A DNA stretch of 63,685 nt, filler included, from Gonapodya sp. JEL0774 (Eukaryota), in assembly GCA_027604505.1 (NCBI GenBank). It is 24 parts of 24 records of this genome, joined end to end, with 100 filler letters (N's around TTAATTAATTAA, not from the genome) between each part and the next. Parts side by side here need not be neighbours in the genome. Positions count along the whole stretch, not along the records: positions 37,312 to 39,867 come from JADIIX010001848.1; positions 39,968 to 42,522 come from JADIIX010001849.1; positions 42,623 to 45,173 come from JADIIX010001850.1; positions 45,274 to 47,824 come from JADIIX010001851.1; positions 47,925 to 50,474 come from JADIIX010001852.1; 19 more parts are not named here. One strand, given 5' to 3'. Every line of letters starts with the position of its first letter. The first letter of the stretch is position 1. A program made the translations under genes and the position numbers. This document shows positions 37,536-50,474 of the stretch, piece after piece. The notes beneath the pieces were generated by a model. It saw only the letters and a program-made list of their open reading frames with translations. It ran no database searches and had not been told where the DNA came from.

Positions 37536-38741
37536 CTACAGAACGGCGGCCCCTCGTTCATTGTTCCATCGAACGCATTCACGGAATGTAATGCCCGATC
37601 CCCCAAATATATCCAGTGCGCTTAATTGGAACAACATGTTCATGATGAAGATATTGTCACGTGCCGAGGGTTTGCGGTGGGTGAGAAACGAAAGTGACAA
37701 TATGGGACAGAGCGAACGAAACAGTACAAATTAGAACCGAAGTACAAACGGTCCAAAAACATTGAGTGCGTAGATAGAAAGTCAACTTACCTGCCAATAG
37801 TCAGGTCTATCCTCCCACCGCTGGCTCTCTCCACCAACTCGAGGTCTTCTCGACTGCGAGCACCTCCAGCATACGTCACCACCAGTCGCTCGGCACTGTC
37901 GTCCTTTGCTCTCTCATAGTCCAAGGCTTGCAGCCACTCCGAGAGTTTCTGGATAAGCTCTAGATCCACTCCAAGTTGTAAGCCTTCCACATCCGCGGCG
38001 TGAATGAGAAGTTCGGAACAGTGATTCGACAGGTTACGAATTGACTCTGTTGATAAAATGAAGCGAGAGAGCACCGCAGAACTGTTAGAGAATTTCCACA
38101 AAGGATCTCGGGTGGATTGAGGACGGCAGGTGGATACGTACCCAGGTTCACCTCCATATCCGTGAGCGTCTGCCACTTATTCATAGCTACAACCCACTTC
38201 TCCTGCTTTCCAGAATCACCTTGAACCTTGACTCGTCTACAGCTGACATCCACCACCAACTTGCCCTTCCCAACCACCGCTTCCAACCTCCTCAACCTTG
38301 CGATATCAAACTTCGCTCCTGGAAACAGCCAACTCGTAACAATGACCTTCTCTGCGCCATCCTCCAGCCATTTGCTCGCATTTTCGTCAGTCACACCTCC
38401 ACCGACCTGAATACCGCCTGGGAACCCGGCAAGAGCGTCTTTTGCTGCAGCAGTGTTGGCTGGTGTGGCACCCAGCAGGATGCAGTGGGGAGATGGGAGA
38501 GCATGGCGTTTGTAAAGAGAGGCATAGTAGGAGGGTGGATGACTTTAATGGAAGAAATTTCGGTTTGCGATGGAGATGGACGTGATGAAGAAAGGTTCTC
38601 TCTTCGACGATCATTTTCACTTTACCTGGCGACAAAGTTTTCCTTGACTGCCGTCGGATCGGAGTCAGAGAGAGTACCGCCGACAATTTGCTTCACCTTG
38701 CCATCGTGAAGATCGATGCAGGCCTTAAAAAGTGTTGGCAT
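37536..38741 (-). CDS. HIS6: Phosphoribosylformimino-5-aminoimidazole carboxamide ribotide isomerase
   Basis: [64 protein letters not shown] and [13 protein letters not shown]. The gene appears complete, with introns. Confidence 0.93.
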
Positions 38742-38873
38742 TGGAAACGCGAAATCTTCGACGCCCGCCCCTTGTATTGATTCGAATATTCCGCTCACAA
38801 CACGTTTTCGGTATATCAAGTACTTGACTACAATCAGTTATTATGACAACGCAATCTGGAGAAACTTCCGCTA

Positions 38874-39867
38874 TTAGGAAATCTTCCTCCCGATGATGGT
38901 CACCATACGGTGGTTGAAGAATAATTTCTTCTGACCATCCACCTCCCTATAGAATGGACGTGCTCCACTAAGATCGTCCTGTGGGCATATCATGTAAAGG
39001 GAACATGGTGACGATGCATAGTAGCATTGCAGGATAAGATGAAACACACCTTCATGTCCCTCTCAAGCATCTCAACCACCTTGGCTCTAGAATCTGGAGG
39101 GGTTCGAGTTGTCTGAAACCAACGTTCCACGTTCTGTGGTGTTCGAAAGCGGAGTTTGGAGGAAAATATTTTCCAGCGATCGATGCACGCATGTTACGCA
39201 CTTGCTCGACGATACTAGTGTCCACCTTTTCTATTTCTAATCCACACTGCCCAAACGCCGCGATAAGTTCGGCCAGTGGTAGGAACCGTGTGTGACTTGG
39301 GTCTCGGAGTGTCTCCCACTCGTCCTGGAACTGCGCCCGGCCTACGTTGATACCGCTGCTGTACACGTCCTCAACCGCTACGACACCCGTAGTCGGTTTC
39401 ACTAGACGGGCCATTTCCGCAAGGACTTTGTTGGGATTCTGAAAGTGGTGGAATGCAAGACGACAGACTGCAGCATCGAACGAAGCACCAGGGAAAGAGA
39501 GTCCCGTTGGGGACTCAACATCTCCAGTTGCGAAGGCTACATTGTTGATGCCGCGGGCTAGTTTGTTCCTCTTCCTGTGCCATGAATATCCGGACAATAG
39601 TTGAATGTAAACAGCTTTGAGTTATAGGATATTGCAGCGTTGTGACGACGGAGAACTCACGCAATTTCAAGAAACCCGTCAGTGATGTCGACTGCGACAA
39701 CTTCTTGAACGTGTTGAGCAAATGCAAGAGCAATATGACCCGGTCCGGTCGCAAGTTCTATAACGCGGGCAGTCGGCTTTGGATCAACGGCACGGATGAG
39801 GCTCGCAATGCGGGATGGGTCGACAACTTTGAACAAAGTGACGTTGTGAGCAAGAAATCATTGTGAA
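38874..39867 (-). CDS. Class I SAM-dependent methyltransferase (UbiE/Methyltransf_11-like), 5'-truncated
   Basis: VIELATGPGHIA (motif I), VVAVDIT, FDAAVCRLAFHHFQNP and RDPSHTRFL, with GT-AG introns. Confidence 0.85.
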
Positions 39868-39967
39868 NNNNNNNNNNNNNNNNNNNNNNNNNNNNNNNNN
39901 NNNNNNNNNNNTTAATTAATTAANNNNNNNNNNNNNNNNNNNNNNNNNNNNNNNNNNNNNNNNNNNN

Positions 39968-40217
39968 GATTATCGATCTTCTCGTCTGGGATAATGGGTA
40001 CGCTTTCGCCACATTCAACAATTCCTACACCACCTACTCCGGCATAACGTGGACCGGAAACTCCTTGAATCGGATGAAATACGACGATAAGGGGCAGATA
40101 TACGATCAGGCGTTTTATTACGAGGATCTGAAAGGGATTGATAAGATCATAGAGGAGCTCTTCGAGTTGCAAGAGGTAAAGGACGAGTTGTGGGAGATTT
40201 TTGGAAGGCGGTTCTGA
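39968..40217 (+). CDS. Last exon of a paralog of the downstream gene
   Basis: IIDLLVWDNGYAFAT...NSLNRMKYDDKGQIYDQAFYYEDLKGIDK...FGRRF* is nearly identical to 41588-41853. Confidence 0.8.
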
Positions 40218-40549
40218 CTCTGGGATTCCGATGGCAAGTGCAAAAAAAGGAGGAGAGGGAGGGGCAGCGGGGAAATTTCTCGTTTAACCCTAGAGCTTTA
40301 GATTTTGACACCACTCGGTGATTCTCACGTACTCATACCGTTGGACAAGGTTTCTGTATAATTCAATCTTGCATTAGTCATGTGTTCACGGCATTGAATA
40401 TCACGATTCCTCATTCACTCGATGCCCTTGTCGCTCCACTGCCTTCGTCGCGTCATCACATTTACTCATTTTTACAATTCTACTCAGCAAAATAACTCTA
40501 CGAACTCTGTCAATCTGATCGCTACTCGTGAAATCCGCGCTTCTAGATT

Positions 40550-41853
40550 CGCTTGGAAGGGCACACAATGTGTACTAAATCGCCCCGGTAGTGAAAGCAT
40601 GGATGCATTGTGGGCAATCCGACAGGCCAATTGTGGACAAAAACAGAAGTGAATCGTGATCTATTTGATTCTGACCTTGGAATCACTTCGTTTGCGATCC
40701 CGTGTTTAGTTCGGCACTGGGAGACATATCTTCGACGGGGAGGCGCTGTTGGCTGTTGGACGTACCTGGGGACCATTGCGATGAAGCCTTCGAAGAAAGG
40801 TACGTATTCAAAAACGAAGTGCATTTTGGGACCTGCCAAGACATCCGACAAGTCGTAGGTACGAAAGTGCCATTTGAAGTGGGCAATTACGGAACTGCGG
40901 ACTTACAGTAAACAAAGAACTCCACCAACGACAATCCGAGGGTCCGCCGATAGCCACTGATCGCCATATCCATCAGACTATACCCAGCCATCACTTCTGC
41001 ATGGCCGTCAAATGACCGAAAAAGCGAAACCCGTGTTCCGCATCGAAGCCATCCCCGAGTCCGCTCCTCGCCTTCCAGATGAGATCCACAAGCCATCGTC
41101 CTCCAGAGAAGAGTACAAACCCAAGACATGGACAGGCATGCTGGCGTATGAGCGTATACAAAAGGGATACAAGGCGTTCGCGGGGGGCGGGGATCTGACC
41201 GGTCAGTTGTTCAGCCATTTGATGGACAGCTTTTGGGATGTGCCGGTTGCGAACACACCAGTATTTTTTCCGAGCGCAGACCTCTGGGAGAGCTATGTAG
41301 AAGGCTCTGTGACATACTTCGCGGGAAACATGCCAAAGTGAGTATTGATGGCGGCGATTCTTACGTTAAGGACCTGCAGGTATTTCACCATCATCAGTCA
41401 GCCTCAATAGATACCCACGCCCCACGAAGGAGTTTTGGCCAGTGTTCTTTACACTTGCAAAACACGGACTCAAGGTAGAAGTACCTGTTTCCACGGTGTT
41501 TGATGACTCTGTTGGAGGCCAGCGACTGTGCAGTAACATTGTGTATCCCACTCAATCCTTTGTAATGTGGTATCACCGGGTTGCAGGAAATCGTCAGCAA
41601 CTCAATTATCGATCTCCTTGTGTGGGACAGCGGGTACGCATTCGCGACAAGCAACAACAGCTACACCACGCACTCTGGGACCTCGTGGTCTGGGAACTCA
41701 CTGAACCGGATGAAGTACGATGAGAGCGGGCGCATTTACGACCAGGCATTTTTCTATGAGGATCTCAAGGGAATTGACAAGATTACGGGCGAGCTCTTTG
41801 AGTTGCAAGACGTGAAGGATGATCTTTGGGAGATGTTTGGACGACGGTTTTGA
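40550..41853 (+). CDS. Hypothetical protein, possibly with a C-terminal NTF2/SnoaL-like fold; tandem paralog
   Basis: Exons ~41012-41338, ~41402-41473 and 41588-41853 can be spliced in frame. The start is uncertain. Confidence 0.55.
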
Positions 41854-42622
41854 GCCCATTGGCAGTCACAATGTCAAGGATTGTGGCAAGCTTTTCACTT
41901 CCGTTTTCAGTCTCCCGTGCATACTATCTATCGTGAAAGAGTGAATATGGGGATGCAAGAGGTTGGAACATCCACATGAAGTGGAGGTTGAGGCAGTCAT
42001 TGTATCCGAAGTCACGCTCACGGAGAGGAATCGATAGGGTTGATTGAGATGCTTACTGTGAATGATCTTTACGTAAGACGGATCCGAGGATAGTCTTCAA
42101 CGGGCATGTGGTTACCAAAAAGTCGAACCGAACCAAATACGAACAACAGCATCACAACAACGACGCTATGTGGATTCATTTGCAATAATTCTTTAGCAAG
42201 ACTTTCCTTGTAAATCATAATGTGTTTCGTTTGCCAAGTTCGTTGTCAAGTGCACAGGACGTCTTCGATTTTCATCCAACCTGAGCACACCTTCGAGAAC
42301 TATGAACCCGTCGAGCCCTCCAACACATCCACCGCCGCAGCCGCATACCCCATCACGGCGACGGGATGGGAGCCGGACCGGGGTTACTGTTGGGTCTGCG
42401 CCACTCGGTGCTCGCCAACGTCCGAACAAGCACCCGGCACATTCTGCGACCCAGAGTGCGAGCATAAAACCGAATTCAGTAAACTCAGGCTCCACGTTGA
42501 GCACGCGTTCTGGACGCTCTTANNNNNNNNNNNNNNNNNNNNNNNNNNNNNNNNNNNNNNNNNNNNTTAATTAATTAANNNNNNNNNNNNNNNNNNNNNN
42601 NNNNNNNNNNNNNNNNNNNNNN

Positions 42623-43366
42623 CTGACATCCGTTTCAGTGGCTGTTCATCGTGGTATTGGCGCTCTTGTTGGAAATGGATATTCAGATGTTTTGAGAGTT
42701 TTTCCAAATGCCACGTCACTCTATATCGAGCATTTGAGGGACAATTTCGACTACTATCGGGCTTCATTCACTGCCGACACAAGACAGCGAATCACCGTTT
42801 TAAGGATGTCTGGAGCTGCCAGATCGGATTCTGGATACCACACACGAACAATGCTGTTGGTTGCGGATATGTTCCCAAACCTGATTGAACTAGGCGTCCT
42901 GGAAATCGACACGGAGATTCTTATGGACCTTACGATCCAGGACGTACTCACAGAACATCACCACGCCGAGGCAAATCTCGATACATCACAATTCGTCCGT
43001 CCCCTCCGCACGCTGCGACTCCGAATCCATCTCTCTCCTACTCAAGGATCGCTCATCGCGAAGCTTGGCACTATTCTCTCCCACAGATACCGAAACATCC
43101 TCGAACTCCGACTCATCTTTGGTGCCCAGGATGATTTTGATCTTAGCAATCTCCACACGCTGGCACGTGCTTGGTCCGATGTTGTGAATGTGGTGTCGGG
43201 ACGTGGTGCAATTGTTGAATGGAGTGGTGCCAAGACTAGTGACAACGTGGATACTTTCTTGAGCCAACTCATGACACGTTGTCGTGAATTGGGTAAAGAG
43301 GTCCAGCTGAGACGTATTCGAGATCCGCCGTGGAGTGTGTTTGGGGAGGATTTTCTCGCGGGTTGA
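42623..43366 (+). CDS. Hypothetical protein, C-terminal fragment (Leu-rich, LRR-like)
   Basis: Open frame of about 245 codons with LxxLxL-type segments (FPNATSLYI, FPNLIELGV, LRTLRLRI). Confidence 0.55.
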   Translation: MTSVSVAVHRGIGALVGNGYSDVLRVFPNATSLYIEHLRDNFDYYRASFTADTRQRITVLRMSGAARSDSGYHTRTMLLVADMFPNLIELGVLEIDTEILMDLTIQDVLTEHHHAEANLDTSQFVRPLRTLRLRIHLSPTQGSLIAKLGTILSHRYRNILELRLIFGAQDDFDLSNLHTLARAWSDVVNVVSGRGAIVEWSGAKTSDNVDTFLSQLMTRCRELGKEVQLRRIRDPPWSVFGEDFLAG

Positions 43367-43717
43367 TTAGCAAATTTCACAAGCGCGAGACACGGACACT
43401 CCGAATTTAACGTAGTCTGGTTTTGGAGGAAGAGGCTTGGTAGCAAGCCAAAAACAGCAAGCGGGGTTACCTGGTTTAGGGTTCTTGGGGCAGCGCAAGA
43501 CGCCGGGGAGGCCTGCAAAAACTGACAGAGAATGCTTGGATTGGTCTGCAGCGTATGGTAGTCAGATGCCGTGTAGACGCCGACCAATGATATGTAATCA
43601 TTTTCGAGGGCTTGAGCGTGCAGAATGGATAAAAGTTGGTGGATATTTATTGTTCAGCTTGAGGCTCCATGAATTTGGGACACATTCCCAACCAACTACT
43701 GTTTCAAGCACATGCAG

Positions 43718-45173
43718 TATGGACCCGGACGATCCCGTCAACGGGAGGTTAGTTGAAGCAATCGAACTGGGCAGTCTGGACAGAGTGCGTCGAGCCCTTC
43801 GAGAAGGAGCAACTCCGAATGCGCGGAAAAGAGTGACTCTTGAGGTCAGGTTTTCCGGGACGACGAGGACAGAAACCAGTCTTGCGGAGTCGGCACTTGC
43901 TCTGGCTATTCGATTTGGACGAGAACAAATCGTTCGGGAGCTTCTGGATGCAGGTCAGTGGTTGAAAACTGTTGTCGAGGGTTCCTGAGTTGGACCTAAC
44001 AGTACTCCCAGGTTGCGATCCCAACGATCCTATATCATTCAAGCCTGCTGAATATCACCCTGATGGCTGGTCGAAGAGTCGCTGGGACAATGACCGGTGG
44101 GGAGCCGAGCTGGTGTTCCCGTACGCTCTCGACTACGCATGTTTCGGTGCGAGTTTGCCCGGCTCTCCCAAAGGATCCGACGTTTTCATTGTCAACCCAA
44201 CAAAGGTTGAAGAGGTATCCCTTATGGCACGTGCTGATTGGAAACCCAGCCCGGGTGTCATTTCCGTCCTTCTGGAGCACGGTGGAAAGCTTTCCACAAG
44301 TGCTCTCGCACTCATGGTCGCTTCGACTGAAGACACCAACGAGCTAGGAAACTCTGTCGGTAATTTGATAGGTGCCGCATTGATTCGCCGTGCCAACGCC
44401 GTGGTCCAGAATCCTCGGCCCAGCAGCAGACAGTCGGGAAACCGCGGAACCAGCAGACAGTCATCACAACCCGCACCTCAATCGCCATACTTGAGCCCCG
44501 ACCCCCGAAATCGCCCAATGGTGGACTTTTTTGCCTCTCCCTTTGCCAGTGAGGTCGCTGAGCTCCGTAGGCAAGTTCGGGAGATGAGCCAACGGAACGC
44601 TGTACTGGAGCACAGGAACCAAGACCTCGAGATTCGGCTGAGTGACGTTATGCAGGAGCTAGAGAACACCGTACCAAGATCTTTGTCGCGTTCGGCAAGT
44701 CGAACTTCCGGTTCGCATGTGAGGCGAATATCCGCGAACGCCCTCCCAGGTGGCGAGCCATCTTCCAATCGATTTCAGGCAACAACCGATGTTTCAGATC
44801 TCCGTCGTCAAAATCGGGAACTCTCCACCAGGGTTGCCACATTGGAATCCATAAACTCGGAAGTGGAGACCCAACTCGCCGAGGAGCGCAATTTCAATTC
44901 CATGATCAGGTCCCGTTCCGTATCCCGGCAGTCTGGCCGCGCCCCCTCATCGCACTCCACGCGAATTGCCAGCGCCAGGTTCAGCTCCTCGGCCGTCTCG
45001 TCGGGAACGGCCGGCTCGTATAATGGTTCTCCAGCTGCTGCCGTGACCGATCCGACCGATCTCCGCCGAGCGAACGAGTCTCTCCATCAGCGAGTTTTAG
45101 CCCTGGATAATTTGAATACCGCACTGCAAGAGCAGTTGAGGGATGAGAAAGCACTGAGTGAGGTTTTGGCTCA
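43718..45173 (+). CDS. Ankyrin-like N-terminus plus repeated coiled-coil segments, 3'-truncated
   Basis: LVEAIELGSLDRVRRALREGATPNA...SALALAIRFGREQIVRELLDAG, one intron at ~43953-44010, then three LRR(Q/A)-N/V-RE-type coiled-coil repeats. Confidence 0.75.
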
Positions 45174-45273
45174 NNNNNNNNNNNNNNNNNNNNNNNNNNN
45201 NNNNNNNNNNNNNNNNNTTAATTAATTAANNNNNNNNNNNNNNNNNNNNNNNNNNNNNNNNNNNNNNNNNNNN

Positions 45274-46515
45274 TGAACGAAACCAAGTCCGGATCTGTTT
45301 CGATACCTGGAGGCTCAATGACCGGCAATTCTCCGAAACCTGCCCCACACTTCCCGCAAGGTGAAGTAAGGTGGGGATTCCTCCGACTCGATTCCTCGGG
45401 GTTGTGGACAGTGGACGACAGTTTCGTAACGGCGACCGTTCACCAACTCAATGCCGATCTGGCTCGATCACGCTCGGTACTGTCCGCCGTCAATTTGTTC
45501 AACTCTTACTCTCGGTACCTGGACAAGATGGTTGGGACGCCGTCGTACGCACTGGGATTGGCACACGTCGATGGAATTCTGAGAGCGCAGGCGAGGCTTC
45601 GGGGGGAAGGTGGAGGGGAGGGTGGCATTCTCAAGTATCTGGAAACAAGGATCAAGAATAAGTTCTTGAAGGGAGACAAGATTGGAACGCTGATCGAAAA
45701 AGATGGGATTCCAGGTTTGTGTTTTGGGAATCCGCAAGGGTAACCCATCTGAAATCTCATTCGTACATCCCCTCGATCACAGAGGCTTGGTTCTTTTGGC
45801 CTATCACTGCGGGTGGACTCGCCTTATCCAACCCGTTGATCTCACTTTCGGCTTTCCGGAAACAAATGCTCAATGTTTCCGAAAAGCAGTGCTCCACATT
45901 TGAAAATGCCGTGAAAATTGTGACAGGGCAATCCCCATCCTCCCGCACAGAAGAGCACGACGAAGAGGATGAAGAGGATGAAGATGAAGAGAATGAGCTC
46001 GATGAGGAGGGGGAGTCGGATGACGAGGTTGAGCGCTCTGAACTTCCGCCATCAAACAAAACTAGGGAGGTGGTGAGCACTCTGTCAGGTGACACGACGA
46101 CGATCAACGAAGTGAAGGCTTGGAAGCCTTTTGACTGGGAAACAGCAAACAACGAGATCGGGTCGAGTGAGTGAGAACTCCTCCGGTCCTGCTCCATTGC
46201 TCGACGGTCCTAAATTCGCATATCCCCGAATCCGTTCACTTCACAGCTTTCAGGCTGTTCGTTCAGGCCAAACTTGAACCTCTGAGCCCGTCTCAAACCT
46301 CCCACCACAAGGCTCTCGTCGGCGAATTCGTCAATCGCGGTACTGAAGTCAAACAGAAAAAGCAGGTTTCGCTGGGAAACTATTACCAGTGGGTTCTTGC
46401 CACCTACGAGCGACAAATCATGGACATGTTCGGGTCCTTTGGATTTGCATCGACGCAACTCATTCCGGTGGCCCTTATAATGCACTTACGGAGCGAATCG
46501 CTTGACCAGGACTGA
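45274..46515 (+). CDS. rvt: Cellular reverse-transcriptase-related (rvt) protein, C-terminal part, 2 introns
   Basis: Exons 45274-45714, 45783-46166 and 46247-46515 join in frame: GEVRWGFLRLD..GLWTVD, NLFNSY, GTPSYALGLAHVD, IPEAWFFWPITAGGLALSNP and YYQWVLATYERQIMDMFGSFGFASTQLIP. These match the recalled thumb/C-terminal pattern of fungal RVT proteins. The catalytic motif is not in the contig. Confidence 0.82.
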
Positions 46516-47989
46516 GACCCTTCTCGCCATGTTGGGGTTACAAGGCGTAAATAGCCAAGAATAGTTAGTCCTACATTGTGACATTAAATCTCCTTATTCG
46601 CCGAAATCTGCAAGAAATGGAAAAGCGGAAGCATATTGATGTATTCCTTGTTGAATCCAATTCAGTACTTTCACACATTCGATACCTAAACACCCCAAAA
46701 GTACTACACCACCCGAAATAACCACTGCACATTGAGGGGCCCAATCTCTCTACGTTCCATCTTTGTTCTTCCGAAGTTTATTTTGGGCAACTCTCAACCC
46801 CGCGAGGCTCCGACTGCAAACGGCATTACAGATAGTGTGCGTGTAACAAGAGAAAGCACCACATCGTGGATAAAAGAAGCACCGGAAGGTGGCTGAGTGA
46901 GTATGTATCTCATCACATTAAGAACCGATGCTGAGGAGGATCCGAGGTCTTGGAGGGTGAGAACTTGCTCAGTGGGATGCTCGACCATGACAACACTGTC
47001 GTCGTCGAAGATGATTGCGGAGCCGGGCATTATGAGATCAGATGTGCTGTAGTTATGTGACGGAGTGAAGACAAGGTTTTGGAAACCTGACGAGAGAGTT
47101 GAGTTACGCACCGCGCTAGGTAGTTAGAAGTTGTACGTGACTGTCAACTTTGGAGCACTGGGAGGACGGCTCAAACAGAACAGATTGGCCAAATGTATTC
47201 ACAACCCGATTGTTGTGATTAGAGACCAAGGACCAAGGAACAGATGGAAATGTTGGAAGTGGACGTCACATGACTTCTGATCAAGAAGACCAAACGGCTC
47301 GGCCGCAGAGGACTCAGAGGACTCACGCGCGACGTCTGCTGCTTGAAGTTATCGAAGAGAAAAAGACCGAGAGCGCTTGCTTGCGACAGTTTTGATGGTC
47401 AAGTCGGGAGGAGCTTTCGAAGTCACGAGGTGGGCTGATCTGCTTGCCACAGCGCTGTGGCACCGAGCTGAGCAGAGCCAAGGGTTAGACTCAACCAAGC
47501 ACCAATACGAAAACATAAGAATAATTCGTGAAGTCACAGAGGAAATACAGAAGGAGTAAGGAGAGTGAGCATTTCTATTTCTTTGGTGTTCTTGTGATCA
47601 AAAGACTGCTGTGCCTCTATAAACATCAAACGCTCTCTTATTACGTACGTGAAGCCAGTGGTAATACAAAAAGTAAGTCAAACGATAGCGTATCCAGAGA
47701 CAACGCAATGCTTTGATAGGGCAAGGATCGATTTCCTGGTCTTTGATCACTCAATAGTATTAAGATCAGTCTCCCACGCCCCCGAACACATCCAGTCCTT
47801 CATCTTGCCATCTCCTGGCACGTCNNNNNNNNNNNNNNNNNNNNNNNNNNNNNNNNNNNNNNNNNNNNTTAATTAATTAANNNNNNNNNNNNNNNNNNNN
47901 NNNNNNNNNNNNNNNNNNNNNNNNTATGACTTATTATGTGAATTTCACATCTGCAAACGACCTCTCGGCTATCCCGAACTCCAAACAGT

Positions 47990-48625
47990 CCTGGGCATCA
48001 ATCGTCGAACTTCATGTCGTACAGCGAGGGAAAGCACACCACGGTGCCGTTCAAAGTACCCACGACGATACGATCCGCCGAGTCTGTTATCTTTCTGTGA
48101 TGTTTGAATAGACTCACTCGGACAGTATTCTCGAGATCTCGCCCGCTCGGTGGGGAGTGTGGGTCAATGAGACACGTATGTTGGGTTGTTGACGACACGA
48201 TGTGATAATAAGTCACTTTCCGATATCGATCCTTCTTCGCCGCTGCTGTCGCAGCCTCCTTTTCCTTCCGTTCCCGTTTCTTCAGTTCACTTTCCAGCGA
48301 AGTCAAATCCGAAGTACCTCGCCTCCGCTCTCAAACGGTTGCTTGACATTGCCATCCCTTCTGATTCGCTTCTTCGCTCCGGCTCTCCTGCATTTTCCAG
48401 TTCCCCTGTCCTGAGCCATTCCAGCAACACTTCAAACAGTTTTGGATTCTGGTGGATAAAGAAGCGCCCTTCCTCATCCCTTTTAGCAGGCTCCCAGGGC
48501 ATATCCGAGGAGAACATGGCGTGAAAGATTGAATCAGGCTCGCGAGGCGTCGTGAGGGTGGAACGAAGGGTGGAAAAGAGCGTGCCACCAACGTTGAGGT
48601 GAATGATTTGATCCGGGGTCTGCAT
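47990..48625 (-). CDS. BTB/POZ (KCTD/T1-type) domain protein
   Basis: IIHLNVGGTLFSTLRSTL...SIFHAMFS...DEEGRFFIHQNPKLFEVLLEWLRTG...LRAEARYFG. The 3' exons are uncertain. Confidence 0.85.
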
Positions 48626-49074
48626 TGCGAATTGATTCGAGATATCCGCTGGTGGTACGGGACGAAGGGGTGGGGAAGGAGCTCCAAAGACGCAGTATCA
48701 GGAAGTCCTAACGGGGATTCCCAAATTGATTGAGTGGGTCGACAGCGGGTGCTGGGTTTGGCGGACACACTTGCAACTCGTTTACGTGCGCTGAATCAAG
48801 ACCTTCGATAAAGAAAAAGATTGTTCGACAAATGGTTTGCAGAAGGAGCCCTAACACCGTACAGAAATCAGCATAATTACTAAATGACTATATTCGGCAC
48901 ACCAGATTCAGAAGTGCTACCCATCGCACCACCCAATTGAGTGACAGCGTCTCATCAGGTATGCCTGGCGGTAGATTGTTGAAAATTGCATTGATACTGT
49001 GTTGTGTCGGACGGGGAAGAGAAGGGTGAATCCTTAGTCATGATCAACAGACCAGAGACTGATCTTCGCCCGAC

Positions 49075-50474
49075 TCACCAACTGCAGGTGTCGGAGTCAA
49101 GCCTATACCCAGGCCACCATCCTCCCAGCAGATAGCTCTCAAAACCAGGCCTCAGGATCCACCCAGTCGGCTTCCCGTCCTCTGTCATTTCAAACCTCCC
49201 GCCGGATGCTCCAAACACCTTCCACGCCTCCACCTCGCAATACGTCTCTCGCCGCTTGTCAAATGTACCCCACCAGTCAGATCCTTGCTCAGCACGGGCG
49301 CAGAGGGCAGAACGGGTGACGTGGAAGGCCGTGCGTAGGTCACTTGCGTATGAAGGTCTGGAGTCTTCGAGGAGTTCAAGGAGTGCAACATAGGGGAGAT
49401 GGGGACTCATGAACTCCTCAGAGAGTTCCGACTCTGAAAGACTTTGGAGGACTGTTTCCCGACCACACCTCTTGCGGTTTTCCGAGAGCCTTCCGTTCAG
49501 AATCTCCTCTATTTCCACGTCCACGCCTACCTTCCGATTCGTGATAATTCTGCTTTTTCGTCCCAGCAAGGCGCCATCCCCGGACTGACACTGATCGGAT
49601 CCGGAGTACGTAAAGGTAACCCGTCTCTCGTTCAAGGGAGGGTTCGGTCGTGGACGCCGACCATGGAACTCGTTGGTCAGTCCGACAGGGTACTTGTTGA
49701 GGGGGCGGAGTGCCTTCAAAGAGCAAAGTTGAGGGACGGCATAGGTTGAGGCATGAAAGCGGCGTATCACACCTGTCCTTTGCATGCCTTCTCAGGGGCC
49801 TCAAAGTACTCGTCCACAGCACTTCCGCAAGTCGAGTCACAGAACATGTTTGTGTGCTCTTCGTAACTAAGTCAAAAAACCGATTCACGTGAACTGTGCC
49901 AACAAAACTGCCCACACAAACGGAAGTACACTCACTGATTCTTCCAACACGGACTTCCCTCCTCGGCATCCTTTTCATACAGCTTCCTCGCGAATACTTC
50001 GACCGCTCCATAAGTCAATGTCGCCTGGAACCCCACACTCGCGGGATCTCCTCGCTGATCCATGAGCTTCCTCGCCGTCGCAGGTAAGCATGCCGTGGAG
50101 ACTTTCTCAAACTGAGTCACATCGTGGAGAGCACGTACGCATTTAGGTGTCAGCGGTGGCAAAAGAGGTTGCTCGAGGGACTCGCTGGGTATTGTGTGGA
50201 GTCCGCCGATCGCAGCGCTGCACACGGAATCGCGGAAGTCCATGGCGAGGTACTTCTTGGTGTCGTCGAGCATCGAGCGATCAGTCAGGTTGGAGTGGGC
50301 CATAAATATGGCGGTGGCACTATGCGAGTGAAACAGGGTTAGTTGCGAAGTAGGCCCATTGTTGCGGTCAGGAGCAATCATACTCACCACGAACACGCAT
50401 CATCATATGTCCGACCTTCACTCCCAAAATATGACTTCATGAGCGCCTCGTCAAACACCCAGTCAAAAAAGAAC
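49075..50474 (-). CDS. Hypothetical protein, spliced, 5'-truncated
   Basis: ORFs 49932-50396 and 49075-49785 are bounded by GT/AG signals. No family recognised. Confidence 0.5.

Noticed and set aside
39642..39866. Plus-strand 74-aa ORF as a separate gene
   Set aside because: It is antisense to the methyltransferase motif-I exon.
46794..47560. Short ORFs downstream of rvt as partner genes
   Set aside because: No recognisable domains or structured RNA, and nothing in the sequence ties them functionally to rvt.
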